In this document: piece by piece, positions 10,601 to 19,297 of the stretch | How the letters are laid out: every line of letters begins with the position of its first letter | How positions within the stretch are numbered: position 1 is the first letter of the stretch | Virus record (IMG/VR): IMGVR_UViG_3300024046_000013 | Coordinates: 1 to 38,950 of that record | DNA length: 38,950 nt | From: a virus | Taxonomy: Duplodnaviria; Caudoviricetes | Strand: one strand, 5' to 3' | Translations under genes and position numbers: made by a program | The notes under the pieces: generated by a model | Seen by the model: only the letters and a program-made list of their open reading frames with translations | The model's database searches: none | What the model was told of the DNA's origin: nothing

Positions 10601-10956
10601 GCGACCTTGGCCTTCTCGATGTCGGACAGCAGAGCCGCAGTGGCCGGGGAGGTTTTGCCCAACGTGTCGAAATCGATGCTTCCCAGCGCCACCTGCTGGC
10701 GGGCCTGCGCGGGGTTGTTCAGCACCGTTTCCACTGGCAGGTTCGCGCGCTGGGCCACGCGCTGCGCTTCCGCGTAGGCGTCCGGATTGGTGGGATACGC
10801 CAGCGCGAAACCGGCGCGGGCCGCCCGGCCCTGATTGGGATTCAGGCTCCCAGCGACAGCGGCATCGAAGTCCTGCTCGGTTGGCTCAGCGGATGCGGGC
10901 GCAGCAGGCATCTGGCCCAACGTCTTGGCGACGGCTGCGTCGAAATCGTCACTCAT
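4669..10956 (-). CDS. Giant internal virion/ejection protein (2095 aa), polyvalent-type, with LPD3-like insert and HExxH metallopeptidase-like motif
   Basis: Size and position (last ejection gene before the fibre); DLSTFLHETGHFFLE zincin-like motif; globular beta-rich insert at about 8680-9060. Confidence 0.8.
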   Translation of the reverse strand: MSDDFDAAVAKTLGQMPAAPASAEPTEQDFDAAVAGSLNPNQGRAARAGFALAYPTNPDAYAEAQRVAQRANLPVETVLNNPAQARQQVALGSIDFDTLGKTSPATAALLSDIEKAKVAHDDVDSLTGIESAVGSLARYVTGADPDMGLWRDVAAAPFSALKMGAGVARAGVDLLALPERGINALTGAGRGPLQAWGDSLGETARWAGQRAEDIGSHWSPGSLPGQIFGAGATSGVQSAGMTLGTLALASWLLGPEAGIPMTIAALSAGQGGSSYQESREKGRDVLPSLAYGAEDAVAEYVGERYFGLAGFAQRAFAGATAQKLLGYELFREVPGEIGTQLWQNFNEWTNLNPDRTLKDFLAEQPASVAQTVVATLTGGSMQIGTVKLADQLLNAQAVQERKARFSELQAQQLEALTTFAAASKLAARAPDTFEQFIAQAADGGPTQQVFISADALMQSGVAEQVAAVSPAVASQIDAAAATGGQIAIPVEEFAARIAPTEYAQGLLDHLKTDPEGFSRAEAQAYLQTQQETLTAEFERAAAQQGNDEAFSASADAVRADLKAQLDTAGRFTPQTNDAYATLAGSWYAVQATRLGTTPEDLYQRYPLRVVAQGVAGGLTLDQKQSAPVAALTGEEIAPRDADIKTLRAQAKVWYAGNLAGTVVHNAQLGDVQFSNRGLRKMLSSSANPAKLKLVSALPQIIANGALVRSLDNRNTDTHPNIVRYHWLQGNVLLDGKNLTVEVNVEEHKDGKLYYNHTLPGNEYFQKGVQARNPSIPGVISPAERDSADGEHQSEALGSEPPETSVEQNGDDLNLQVLDQPARGSFAPSTLTISLLKDADLSTFLHETGHFFLEAQAGLADQPDAPAAIRQDMQTVLDWFGVPDLATWQAMDLEQKRPYHEQFARGFEAYLFEGKAPSIELHGLFQRFRAWMLNVYKKLSALNVTLSDDVRGVFDRMLATGEQIALAEQGRSMLPLFETAEQAGMSQEEFVAYQALGADATADAIEDLQTRGLRDMRWLHNARGKELKRLQKEVAARRAEVRQEVAQEVEALPVYRAWRYLTTKAEGDTPPPRLSRAVLDEMYGGAVDGKRDRYALLDWKRLTDLRMTADEGMPPDIAAELHEFSSGDELVRALLAAERPEAEIEARTDARMLEQYGDIASPEALARAADQAVHNDARARFTATEANALARATGKRKILLDAAREFARVTISRLRVRDVRPGQYANAEARAAQNAERAMKSGDLATAAAEKRNQVVQQQLTRAAYGAQEDIDKTLRYLKKFDSARVRKNLDADFLDQIDMLLERFDLRQRSDAERARAAGLRTWVQSRLNAGEIPDIAETLLSPAERARYLAAVQSRDANGDLIYTDDDDAIKLLAEAIDNSAQRHYRDLTVEELMGLRDTISGIEHLARLKHRLLTAANDRDYEAVRDEIAAGIVAHARASGKNTRTASHLTGRTLEKVRAFGAAHIKASTWARIMDGGQDDGPVWRYLIRPANEAANHETQMKAELVQRLDAIMRPILEPVPATDKVGKGRSFPSINESLNWQERFAVALNVGNESNLQRLLDGRGWTMAQIQPVLESLTAQELHAVQAVWDLFEAYRPQVAEQGRRIYGKEPEWVRARPITIRSADGQAVQLSGGYYPVKFDPRVNMQAGQHSAAEESKTKTKAAYGVATTRRSFTKTRVEEVKGRPLLLNLQGMYSGFSDVIHHLAWQEWVIDANKLLRSKTIDTAIREYYGPEVKHELERWRDDIVMGASRQNTAAEATVTFLRQHVSAAALSFQVFTAAMQPLGLANSVARVGGSWIAKGVGRYIGAPVASTREAMSKSTFLANRTRTRFRELNELRNQVQGQSSAKEFMGRWGYWLMMRTQMMIDVPTWWGAYEKAMADGRTEDTAVALADQAVKDAQGGGEEVDQAGIERGNPYHKLLTAFYSYMGSTLNTMYASAKVDSKGKAAANILLMVLVPAVLQSLLKHAMTPGGDDDWEDWLKSLPAEIASFMAGLMVFVRELDPLVKAVAGESSMGYGGPAGLRMIGDAVRFGQQAAQGEFDTGFRKAFISLLGDLTGLPSVQINRSWSGFDALASGKTENPAALLMGVQR

Positions 10957-13103
10957 TTGGCAGCCTCCCGGCGTGTCGTCGTTTGCATGTTCCAGAAGGC
11001 ATTGAGGATCATGGCATCGGTGGGATCATCGATTCCAACCCGCTTGAAGGCGGCGCGAATTCCATCCTTCGTGCGCCCGTCGATGTCGCCAGCTTTCATG
11101 GACAGGATCGGGGCGGACGAATTCGAGAAGAAGCCGTGCACAGTTGCGCTCTTCATGAAAAGCGCGTCCAACTGCTGCTCGACCTCGGCATCGGTGAACT
11201 TCTTGCCTGTTTCGCGCTGGGCGGCCAGCATGTAGCCATCGATGAACTTGCGGATCGCGCCCACACGGGCGGCATCGTTCGACTCATCCTTCGGGGTGGG
11301 GTCCATGCCCATCATGCGCAACCTGGAATCCACCCCGGTCTTGATCGCCGTGCTGTTCAGATCGCCAGGGCCGGTACCGCCAGGCGCAGCCCCGCGCACC
11401 TTGGCCCGTTCGCCGGAAAAGTGCTTGAAGTCCGATGCTGACAGACTGGTGCGAAGCGCGTAGAACTGGTCATCCGACAGTCCGGCCAGGTAGTCCGGTT
11501 CGTTGGTGAGCTTGTTGTACAGCCATAGGCTGGTCGTGTCGTCACCACGTGCGAAGCGATCCGCCGCACTCATCACCGTGGTGAGTTTGTCGGGCGGAAT
11601 CGCCGCGCGAGTCGAGATGGGCAGCTCAGAAAACCGTCCTCCGTTCTGCTCCAGGGCGCGCAGCGCATCAGCCACCGCCGCATCACCCTGCTGCTGCAGG
11701 GCCTCGGACTGCACACGGTACTGCCTATCGGCCTCGGTAAGCGCAACCTTCAGGCGCTCAGGGTTGCTTGCCACCCGGGGATCGCTGCGCACTTTGGCTT
11801 CAACCTCGGCCAGGGTCGGACGCGGCGGTTGCCCGGCGCCCGTTGCGTAGGCCCGCAGATTCTTCGTCACATAGTCCTGGGTTTCCTTGGGCAGCAGGGC
11901 CAGCCAGTCGCTTCCATCGCCTGCTTTCTTGATCGCGTCCTGGGTTGCTCCGGGCCCGGCGTTGTAGGCTGCGTAAGCCTTGGCGAGATCGCCGCCGAAG
12001 TTCTGCAGCTGCTTCTGGAAATAGGCTAGGCCCAGCGCCTTGTTGTAGGCCGGGTCGTTCTTGTACTTCTGTTCGTCCCACTCGAGACCTGCCAGATTGG
12101 CCGCTTCGGGCGCGGTGTCGGGCATGACCTGGGCGATACCAACCGCACCTTTGGACGAGGTGAGCGGCTGGCCGTTCGCGTCAAACTGGTTGCCGCCGGA
12201 TTCAGCTCGCACCGCAACGTTGAAAGCTCGCACCGCATCACCCACGCGTAGCGGCGTGCTGCTGACGGCATCGGTGGCGGCTGCCAGACCAAGCTGGCCG
12301 TCCATTTCCTTGGTGATCTGTCCGTGCACGGCCAGGATGTCGTCGGCATTCATTTCGTCGCTGAACTTGCGCAGGTACGCATCGGCATACCCGGCGTTGT
12401 TCGCCTGCAGGGCGGACAGGATGGCCGTCTTGTGGGCGGTGCTGGTCAGATCCCTGGCGCGGGCCTGCTGCCATTCAGGGGACTTTCCGCCCAGGCGCAT
12501 TTCGGTGTAGGTGGCCGCCTGGATGCGCTTGACTGCCGACATCACTGCGCCCGGATCGTTCCAGTTCAGGCTGATGTCGCGCATGGCCGTACTCTGCATG
12601 CCCTGGGCGTTGGACACCCCATACGTCGCGTATTCCTGCGAGGTATGGCGCATGGCCTGCCCGCGAAACGATGTGAGGATATCGTTCGCGTTCATAGCGA
12701 ACGCCTGACGCTGAGCGTCGTTCTTCAGGCCAGATGAGACGGTGGAAATGACCTGCTGCAGCTTCTCGCCGTATTCGTCCTCGAGCGACTTGTCGTCGGG
12801 CCGGTACAGCGCCTGGGCGCCTTTCAGGTTCGCAAATCCATTCTGAGGGTCGTAGGTCAGGTCGAGCGCCGCGTTCTTCACCTTATCCAGCCCATCGTTG
12901 ACGATGAGCTGATTGGCTTCTCGCTCCATGTCCTGCGCGATCGAGCCAAGTGTGCCGCCCGTGCGCTGCATGGACTGGCCCATCTGTTCGGCCTGGCGAC
13001 CGGCCACGTCCTGCACCCTGGCCGCCTGGGCCGGCTGCAGCGAGACCTGAGGCAGCGTGTTCTGGGCAACCTGCGGCCCGTCGTACATCGGAACCCTTGG
13101 CAT
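10953..13103 (-). CDS. Ejection protein with lytic transglycosylase (SLT) domain
   Basis: AESGG, GAVGIAQVMPDTA, AYNAGPG and ETQDYV motifs of the SLT family; ATGA coupling to the giant gene. Confidence 0.88.
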   Translation of the reverse strand: MPRVPMYDGPQVAQNTLPQVSLQPAQAARVQDVAGRQAEQMGQSMQRTGGTLGSIAQDMEREANQLIVNDGLDKVKNAALDLTYDPQNGFANLKGAQALYRPDDKSLEDEYGEKLQQVISTVSSGLKNDAQRQAFAMNANDILTSFRGQAMRHTSQEYATYGVSNAQGMQSTAMRDISLNWNDPGAVMSAVKRIQAATYTEMRLGGKSPEWQQARARDLTSTAHKTAILSALQANNAGYADAYLRKFSDEMNADDILAVHGQITKEMDGQLGLAAATDAVSSTPLRVGDAVRAFNVAVRAESGGNQFDANGQPLTSSKGAVGIAQVMPDTAPEAANLAGLEWDEQKYKNDPAYNKALGLAYFQKQLQNFGGDLAKAYAAYNAGPGATQDAIKKAGDGSDWLALLPKETQDYVTKNLRAYATGAGQPPRPTLAEVEAKVRSDPRVASNPERLKVALTEADRQYRVQSEALQQQGDAAVADALRALEQNGGRFSELPISTRAAIPPDKLTTVMSAADRFARGDDTTSLWLYNKLTNEPDYLAGLSDDQFYALRTSLSASDFKHFSGERAKVRGAAPGGTGPGDLNSTAIKTGVDSRLRMMGMDPTPKDESNDAARVGAIRKFIDGYMLAAQRETGKKFTDAEVEQQLDALFMKSATVHGFFSNSSAPILSMKAGDIDGRTKDGIRAAFKRVGIDDPTDAMILNAFWNMQTTTRREAAK

Positions 13104-13724
13104 CTACCAGAACCCCCTTTCTTTGCCGAAGGTATCCAGATCCGGACGCGTGTCGACCGCACCCTTCGAATACCGGTACCAGGAATCGGCCACAGCGCCG
13201 GCACTGCCCAGCAGCGAGGTCGCCGCCGAACCCACGGGGCTGATGGCGCCGGCCGTCGCACCAAGGGACAGAGCGTCGATACGGGAGTTCGAGGCCTGGG
13301 TGAGCATGTTCATGCCCTGGGTGCGGTAGCCCCAGGCTGTGCGCACAGCATTGGCCGTGATGGTGTTCGCGTCGATTTCCTTCAGGATGTCCGTGGACGC
13401 CTGGATTTCCGCCGCGCTGCCTTCGCCAACGTCCACGCCGTTGGCCGCCAGGGCCGCGCGCTGAGCGCTTTTGGTCCGCCCGGCCTTCATGGTGAGCGCT
13501 GCCACCTGCTGCTGGCCTTGCGAGAGCGCGGACTGCGCGCTCAGTTCCGCCAGGTGGGCGTTGGACTCGAAGATGCGCGCGTTGGCCTCGGCCACGGCGG
13601 CCTGGCCGCCTAGCGTGGCCTTCTGGGTGGCTGCGCCGAAGAAACTGCCGGCGGTGGAGGCAATCGCGCCACCGCCTTGCATGATCATCGACGCCTGCGC
13701 GATCTGGGGAGCGCTAAAGCTCAT
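13104..13724 (-). CDS. Small ejection/internal virion protein (T7 gp14-like position)
   Basis: Ala/Gly/Gln-rich; QRAALAANGVDVGEGSA motif; first of three ejection genes. Confidence 0.75.
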   Translation of the reverse strand: MSFSAPQIAQASMIMQGGGAIASTAGSFFGAATQKATLGGQAAVAEANARIFESNAHLAELSAQSALSQGQQQVAALTMKAGRTKSAQRAALAANGVDVGEGSAAEIQASTDILKEIDANTITANAVRTAWGYRTQGMNMLTQASNSRIDALSLGATAGAISPVGSAATSLLGSAGAVADSWYRYSKGAVDTRPDLDTFGKERGFW

Positions 13725-13750
13725 GGGTCAGTCTCCGGGTCATGTCCCAG

Positions 13751-13783
13751 ACGGTAGCGCCCCGCGGCGAAGATACGCGCACC
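13751..13783 (-). promoter_or_regulatory. Putative late promoter (copy 2), upstream of the ejection genes
   Basis: GGTGCGCGTATC (13783-13772), 15 nt, TACCGT (13756-13751). Confidence 0.75.
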
Positions 13784-15975
13784 TAGCCGCCCAGAGCGAC
13801 CTCGACTGTCAGGGAGGACACCGTGAGGGGCAGCGGGTCGGCCTGGCGCGCATACACCTGCCCGCCGTCCGTCCAGGCCGGACCGATGCGGATTGAGATT
13901 TCCTTGGACTTGAGCGACGGCGGCGAGCCGTACGGCTCGGTGGTTCGCTGTTTGGCCTCGGTGAGGTTGTCCAGGGATGGGCCGACCCAGATACCGGAGG
14001 ACTGGTACACCCGCAGCCAGACCTGGTTGACGTTTTTCTGACGCCCCTGACCGAAAGCGCTGTCCACCTGCATGGCCACCGGCAGCGTGGCGATCTCCGC
14101 CACAATGGGCAGGCCCACCTGCACCACGCCGGCCGCATGCTCCAACGTGATAGAGCCCCCGGCGACAGTTTGGCGGGGATGCACGGCACCGTCGGCCAGG
14201 ATGCTGACCTCCTTGCCTTCCAGGTGGTCCAGACCGCTGATCGACGTGACCGGAGCCCCTGAATACGTCATGCCGCTGTCGACGAAAAAGGCGTCCTTCT
14301 GGTCGACGAAGGCGCGCGAGGCCATGCGTTCGACGTAGCGGACCGTGCGGCCGTCCACCTCCCGGCGGATGATGCAGTACAGGACGTCCTCTTCGCCCTC
14401 GGCCACAACCGCGCACGATTCGAAGACGCCGTCCGTGTCGTGGTGGTGCCATGCGCCGATCTGCTGTTCGGGCACGTAGGTCAGGCCGAGCAGCTCACCG
14501 CTGGTGCTGACCATCCAGACGAGGGGGATAGGTGCCTTGGCGTAGGCCATGTCGACGATGCGCCGCGTATCGAACAGGTGGGGCGCGCGAAGCGACAGGT
14601 CGCCGGTCACGAACCCGCTGGCCTGCCAGTTGTAGGCCAACTCCCGCACGTGCCCACCGCGCGCCGCCCCGTAGAGCAGCGTGTTGTTGACGATGACCGG
14701 CTGCACGTTCGACGCTCCAACGTAGGACTGCGGCCGCACGCTGGTGGTGTCCGGCGTGATGGCGTCCGAATTGATTGGCACAACGACCCATTCGGCGGAG
14801 CTCGTGAGGATCAGCAGCTGCGACAACGGCACGATGTGCCGCACGGTATTGGCTTCGCGCGCGGCCACCCGAAAAGCGATCCGATCATCGTCCTTGACTG
14901 GCAGCGAATAGGACATATCGGACTCGGTGGCGCTCTTGGTCATCCACAGGTTCTGGGGCTTGTTGATCGTGCCCGCGAAGCACCGGCGCTGCTCGAAGTA
15001 GGACACGGCGGCCGGGTAATCCCCCGCGGCGTTGAACACCGTCTCGTAGATCGGCGGCGTTTTGCTCAGGTCGGGTGAGATGTTGTCGTCCACGATGGAC
15101 AGGCCGTCTGTCTGGCCGATGTATCCGTACAGGCCGCCTTGGCGCTTGAAGACGTTGTAGCGTGACGCACCGGGCACCGCCGTCCAGGCGATGGTGTTCG
15201 TGCACCCGGTGGCAAAGAGGTTGCTGGATACCATCCCGGGGGCGGACGCTGGCGACTCGCGGACGTTGTCGGCGTCCATGGCGGTCACGACGTAGTGGTG
15301 CTCGATGGCTGCGCCGGTGGATCCCGCTGTCGTCACTGTGGGTGCGTCCGGCGCGGCGATACCGGGATCGAACGAGATGTCCCGTAGCACCCACCTGGTG
15401 GCGCCCAGCCGGCGCAATTCGCAAGGCGGGTAGTTGGGGTGCACCAGGGTCAGGACGTCGGCCGACTGGACGTAGTGGATGTCGAACAGGTCGGCTTCGG
15501 CGAACGGATTCGGGGCCTCGTATTCGCCCGTAGCGGGTAGTGCCCACCAGTAATCCGTGTCCGGCGGCGCGTTGCCTGTGGTGGCGACCGTGCAGTAGTA
15601 GGCCGTACCGGCCTGGGTCACCAGGTCGCCCACATCGTAGGCCTGGCCGCCATCGTAGTCCGGTGGCGTGCCTGCAAGCAGCGTGGCGCCCTGGGTATGG
15701 AAGCGGAAATACCCGGCACCCAACTCGATCGCCATCGTCTGCGTGGTCGAGTAGGTAAACGGGATCAGGCGCGCGTGCTGGGTGGAATCCTTGATTTCCC
15801 GCACGAAAGCGAACCCGGGCCTGTTTTCCACAGGGCCCTGCGGCTTGCAGATGAAATTGCGGCATGACGCCAGACCGCTCTGGTATTTCGAATCGTCGGC
15901 CCGCCCGAAAAACTCGGGCGTCACCACCCCGCCCGTGAAGGATAGCTGCAGCTTCTTGACGCTGGCCATGATCAC
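13783..15975 (-). CDS. Tail tubular protein B / nozzle
   Basis: SFTGG...CRNFICKPQGPVENRPG N-terminus; YPAAVSYFEQRRCFAG propeller motif; 730 aa, follows tube A. Confidence 0.88.
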   Translation of the reverse strand: MIMASVKKLQLSFTGGVVTPEFFGRADDSKYQSGLASCRNFICKPQGPVENRPGFAFVREIKDSTQHARLIPFTYSTTQTMAIELGAGYFRFHTQGATLLAGTPPDYDGGQAYDVGDLVTQAGTAYYCTVATTGNAPPDTDYWWALPATGEYEAPNPFAEADLFDIHYVQSADVLTLVHPNYPPCELRRLGATRWVLRDISFDPGIAAPDAPTVTTAGSTGAAIEHHYVVTAMDADNVRESPASAPGMVSSNLFATGCTNTIAWTAVPGASRYNVFKRQGGLYGYIGQTDGLSIVDDNISPDLSKTPPIYETVFNAAGDYPAAVSYFEQRRCFAGTINKPQNLWMTKSATESDMSYSLPVKDDDRIAFRVAAREANTVRHIVPLSQLLILTSSAEWVVVPINSDAITPDTTSVRPQSYVGASNVQPVIVNNTLLYGAARGGHVRELAYNWQASGFVTGDLSLRAPHLFDTRRIVDMAYAKAPIPLVWMVSTSGELLGLTYVPEQQIGAWHHHDTDGVFESCAVVAEGEEDVLYCIIRREVDGRTVRYVERMASRAFVDQKDAFFVDSGMTYSGAPVTSISGLDHLEGKEVSILADGAVHPRQTVAGGSITLEHAAGVVQVGLPIVAEIATLPVAMQVDSAFGQGRQKNVNQVWLRVYQSSGIWVGPSLDNLTEAKQRTTEPYGSPPSLKSKEISIRIGPAWTDGGQVYARQADPLPLTVSSLTVEVALGG

Positions 15976-16577
15976 CGCACCCTGATCCAGGGCGCTGCCG
16001 CTTGCGCGCGCACGTTACGCTGATTCGTGTCCGATACCTTGGCTGCGGAGAACGCCGTCTGGTATGCGTTGAGGCAGGCCGCCGCGATCTTCACCCCGGA
16101 ATCCCCTTTGAGGATGGGGCCCGCCAGGTAGGACGCCAACAGCCAGGCCAGGGCGTCCACAAACAGCGGGGAGAACTTGGTGGTGTCGGTCACCCTCGCG
16201 ATATACCGCAGGATGGCGGAAGGCTGGTCGGTGTAGATGATGGGGGTTCCCGCGCCGTCCGTTTCGGTCTCGTAGCGCTGCGGGTCAGCATCTCCCGGCG
16301 CGTCCGGCGGCAGTACCGCCAACACCCGGATCAGCCCGTTCGGCATCGCGTAGGCGTAGGACCATGTCCACGTGGGTATCGAGAGGGCAGCGAGCACGGT
16401 GCGCCGGGTGGCAAATCGCCATCCATGGGCTTCCAGCATGGAGTCGCGCGCCATGGGGTAGAAGCGTGCGCAGTGCTCGGCTTGGGCCGACCCTTCGGCG
16501 GGGTTGATGCTCGACACCGTAGCCTCGTCCCCGATCCGCGAAAGTGCCAGGTTCGAAATATCCACTTCCGAGGCCAT
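15972..16577 (-). CDS. Tail tubular protein A / adaptor
   Basis: SEVDISNLALSRIG...HGWRFATRR...YAYAMP...FVDALAWLLA pattern of T7 gp11-like adaptors; start at ATG 16577. Confidence 0.88.
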   Translation of the reverse strand: MASEVDISNLALSRIGDEATVSSINPAEGSAQAEHCARFYPMARDSMLEAHGWRFATRRTVLAALSIPTWTWSYAYAMPNGLIRVLAVLPPDAPGDADPQRYETETDGAGTPIIYTDQPSAILRYIARVTDTTKFSPLFVDALAWLLASYLAGPILKGDSGVKIAAACLNAYQTAFSAAKVSDTNQRNVRAQAAAPWIRVR

Positions 16578-16589
16578 CTGTCCGTTCCT

Positions 16590-16613
16590 AAAAATGTGGG
16601 GCCGAAGCCCCAC
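16590..16613 (-). terminator. Intrinsic terminator between head and tail genes
   Basis: On - strand GTGGGGC-TTCG-GCCCCAC followed by ATTTTT. Confidence 0.8.
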
Positions 16614-16636
16614 GAAGATCCTAAGGAGGAGGAAAC

Positions 16637-16840
16637 CTAGACCAGGGATTCGGCCCCGGTGTCGCCGTCGGCGCTACCCTCGTTTTCGGAGGGGCTGGCC
16701 TTCTTGGCCTTGGTGCGCGGGCCGGCCCCGGCCTCCGCCGGGGTGAACCATTTCGCCTGCGCCCCCGAGGGGACCTCGAAGACGTCTCCCGGCTCACGCA
16801 GCTTGCCGTGGAACCCACGCGCGATAGCGGTGACTTTCAT
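16637..16840 (-). CDS. Small head-module protein (67 aa)
   Basis: MKVTAIARGFHGKLREPGDVFEVP...WF; GGAGG SD; position after the cement gene. Confidence 0.7.
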   Translation of the reverse strand: MKVTAIARGFHGKLREPGDVFEVPSGAQAKWFTPAEAGAGPRTKAKKASPSENEGSADGDTGAESLV

Positions 16841-16852
16841 GCTCGGCCTCCG

Positions 16853-17269
16853 TTACAGCGGCGCGCCGGGCAGCGGCGTGTTCTGCTGGATGCCGGTCAC
16901 GACCTGCGCCGAGAACTTGCCGGCCGTCAGCGGTCCGGTGCCCACGGTGTAGTTCAGCCGCACATACCGGCGGTGCTGGACGGGCATCGGGATGACGATC
17001 TGGGCGCCGGCAACCAGGGCGGCCTTGCCGATGGCGGCGGAGGCCACCACGTCGGCGAACGTGCTGTTGTCGGCCGAGTCCTGCACGGAAAACGTGACGG
17101 TGGCCGCGCCCGAGGCGGTGGCCGTCTCGCCCACGGTGATGACCATGGAGAGCCGGTCCGTGAGGCCCGTGTTGGGGGTCTTCTGCCCGAAGTCGATGAC
17201 GTCGGTCGACGCCGCCGTGGCCGTGACGGCCTGATCGTTGGAGACCTGAAGGAACTTGTCGATGATCAT
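16853..17269 (-). CDS. Capsid cement/decoration protein, Bbp16-like (138 aa)
   Basis: MIIDKFLQVS.DQAVTATAASTDVIDFG...RRYVRLNYTV.TGPLTAGKFSA; GGAG SD; real start ATG 17269 inside the longer listed ORF. Confidence 0.85.
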   Translation of the reverse strand: MIIDKFLQVSNDQAVTATAASTDVIDFGQKTPNTGLTDRLSMVITVGETATASGAATVTFSVQDSADNSTFADVVASAAIGKAALVAGAQIVIPMPVQHRRYVRLNYTVGTGPLTAGKFSAQVVTGIQQNTPLPGAPL

Positions 17270-17283
17270 GGTTGGTTCTCCGA

Positions 17284-18276
17284 TTAGGCAACCGCAGTTT
17301 CGGTGTCGAGCAGCGCGTCCGTGGTGCGAATCGGCACGGTCCGGAACGTCGTCCAGAACTGGCCTTCCAGTTCCTGCACCTTGAGCGCCAGCCCCGGTTT
17401 GTCCAGGGATTGGGTATCGAGGGCCTCGGCGATGGTGCGGTTCATGTAGAAGGCGGCGCGCCCCATGCGCAGGTTCGGCACGCGGTGCAGGGCCTGGACC
17501 ATCAGCTTCAGGATGTTGGCCGCGGAGCCGCCCGACAGATCGGACACATCGATGTTGCAGATGCGGACCACGTAGCGCCAATCGCGCAGCGTCAGGCCCA
17601 GATCCCACTTGTAGTGGGTGAGATAGCCCTGATACATGCCGCCGTCCGCGTCCTTGAGCGTGGTTTCGCCCAGGTCGCGGTTCTGCAGGCCGGCCTGCGA
17701 GCCCTTGGGGTAGATCGCATGGCAGGTGTTCTGCCCCCAGACGACCAGCCAGATGGACGCGTTGTCGCTGCCCGCACCACCGCCCTTGATGATGTTTCGG
17801 CCATTCTCGGCCGTGCTGTCGCTGTAGCGCGGAGCGAGCCCCATGAATTTCTCGGGATCCAGGGACGAGTCGCCGTAAAAGAGGGTGGTCGCCATGGTCT
17901 GGTTCAGACCCTCGATGAAGGCCCGATCTTCGGACAGGCGCCACGCGGCACGATTGTCGTTCAGATCGGCCAGGGCCTTGTCGACCGGGGCATAGGTTTC
18001 CAGCATCCCCATCGTGTCCTTCACCGGCACGGTGCGGGACTTCTCGGGCTGCACGCCGTAATTCAGCTTGCGCCAGGTGCCCGTGGGCAGCCCGGAGCGA
18101 ACGGTGGTCTTGTGCTCGGTGTAACTGTTGGCCTCCAGCACCGTCATCTCGGTGAGAACCTCGTTGGTTTCGTTCAGCATCTCGATGATCTGGGGATCGA
18201 TCTTGCCGTCCGCCGTCATGCGGCTGGCGAGATCGGCCAGGGTCGGGTTCGTGGTGGAGAGAGTCGGCATTTTCAA
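17284..18276 (-). CDS. Major capsid protein, BPP-1 Bbp17/epsilon15 gp7-like
   Basis: IIEMLNETNE, HKTTVRSGLP.GTWRKLNYGV, LRDWRYVVRICNID, VPIRTTDALL motifs; start may be 18270. Confidence 0.93.
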   Translation of the reverse strand: MKMPTLSTTNPTLADLASRMTADGKIDPQIIEMLNETNEVLTEMTVLEANSYTEHKTTVRSGLPTGTWRKLNYGVQPEKSRTVPVKDTMGMLETYAPVDKALADLNDNRAAWRLSEDRAFIEGLNQTMATTLFYGDSSLDPEKFMGLAPRYSDSTAENGRNIIKGGGAGSDNASIWLVVWGQNTCHAIYPKGSQAGLQNRDLGETTLKDADGGMYQGYLTHYKWDLGLTLRDWRYVVRICNIDVSDLSGGSAANILKLMVQALHRVPNLRMGRAAFYMNRTIAEALDTQSLDKPGLALKVQELEGQFWTTFRTVPIRTTDALLDTETAVA

Positions 18277-18281
18277 TGCTC

Positions 18282-18956
18282 CTAGTTCATGTTGCTGTTC
18301 GGGTAGAGCCGCTTCGCGTCGGCGCCGGCGGCCGCGTTCGCTTGGCCGGAGGGGATGAAGTGGTCTTCACTGATTGCTTTCCCGGCCCGGTAGAAAGCCC
18401 GGATGATTTCCGGATGATTCCCCAGGCCGGACTGGTTGAGCAGCGTGCGCAGTTCCGGAGAGCCGAAGGTATCCAGGGCCTTCTTGGCGACGGCCATGTT
18501 TTCCTGGAGCTTTTCCCCGCCGAACTCCTTGTCCGTCTCGGCAGCCTGGATCCACTGGTCGTGGGCCGCCTGCAGCTGCTCGACTTGGCGCGCCTGAATG
18601 ACCGGAGTCATCTTGTCCAGGATCTGCTGGGCCTGTTCCTGCGGCAGGTTCAGGTCCTTCGCGACAGCCGAAAAGGCGTCCAGCACCTGGGGATCGAAGG
18701 CCTCGGTTCCTTCGGGCGCCTGGAACTCGTATTTCTCGGGCGCCCCTTCCGCAGGCTTGGGCTTGCCGGCCTCGCCATCAGCCCCGGCGCCTTGCGCCGG
18801 ATCCGTCGACGCGGCATCGGCCTGTCCCTGGGGTTGCTGCCCGGCGGCCTGCTGCTCCTGCTGTTCCCCACCGGTGGGGGTTTCGCCAGGAGCGGTGTTG
18901 GGCTCCGCGCCTTCAGTGGTCGTTGCGGCCTGCGTCGCCTGAGTTTCGTTCGTCAT
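18282..18956 (-). CDS. Capsid scaffolding protein
   Basis: Low-complexity N-terminus; APEKYEF, DKEFGG, GLGNHPEIIRAFYRAGKAISED; directly upstream of the major capsid gene. Confidence 0.82.
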   Translation of the reverse strand: MTNETQATQAATTTEGAEPNTAPGETPTGGEQQEQQAAGQQPQGQADAASTDPAQGAGADGEAGKPKPAEGAPEKYEFQAPEGTEAFDPQVLDAFSAVAKDLNLPQEQAQQILDKMTPVIQARQVEQLQAAHDQWIQAAETDKEFGGEKLQENMAVAKKALDTFGSPELRTLLNQSGLGNHPEIIRAFYRAGKAISEDHFIPSGQANAAAGADAKRLYPNSNMN

Positions 18957-19257
18957 TTGCTTCCTTCACCATCGTCGTGTACAGGTCCGGCGAGTGCTTC
19001 TGGACCTGCGCAAGGATCTGTAGACCTGCGTTCTTGTTGCCCTCAGCGAAGGCCATGGCCATCGCGTTGGTGTTGAACGACAACCTGAACACCCCCGCCT
19101 CTTCCAGCAGCCGCCAGACGATGCGCCGGCCCCGCTTGGTCTTCATGAGCCACTTCCAATCCTCCTTCGCGGTGTCGTCCGCGAGCCTGTTGGCGGCTGC
19201 CGCTTTGCTGCGGCGGTGCTCTTGGGCCTGGAGGTTTGTGGGGTCCACGCTATTCAT
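18913..19257 (-). CDS. Bbp19-like head-module protein
   Basis: DWKWLM..KRGRRIVWRLLE.AGVFR.SF....MAFAEG motif; between portal and scaffold. Confidence 0.78.
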   Translation of the reverse strand: MNSVDPTNLQAQEHRRSKAAAANRLADDTAKEDWKWLMKTKRGRRIVWRLLEEAGVFRLSFNTNAMAMAFAEGNKNAGLQILAQVQKHSPDLYTTMVKEANDERNSGDAGRNDH

Positions 19258-19263
19258 GCTGCA

Positions 19264-19296
19264 AATTTATGGCGCTTCGCGGGAGATACGCGCACC
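19264..19296 (-). promoter_or_regulatory. Putative late promoter (copy 3), leaderless, upstream of Bbp19-like/scaffold/capsid genes
   Basis: GGTGCGCGTATC (19296-19285), 15 nt, TAAATT (19269-19264), 6 nt, ATG 19257. Confidence 0.78.
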
Positions 19297-19297
19297 C

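Noticed and set aside
16853-17944. 363-aa ORF suggesting a capsid-cement frameshift fusion
   Set aside because: Upstream part is an alternative-frame read of the capsid gene; the cement gene has its own SD and ATG at 17269; no slippery site noticed
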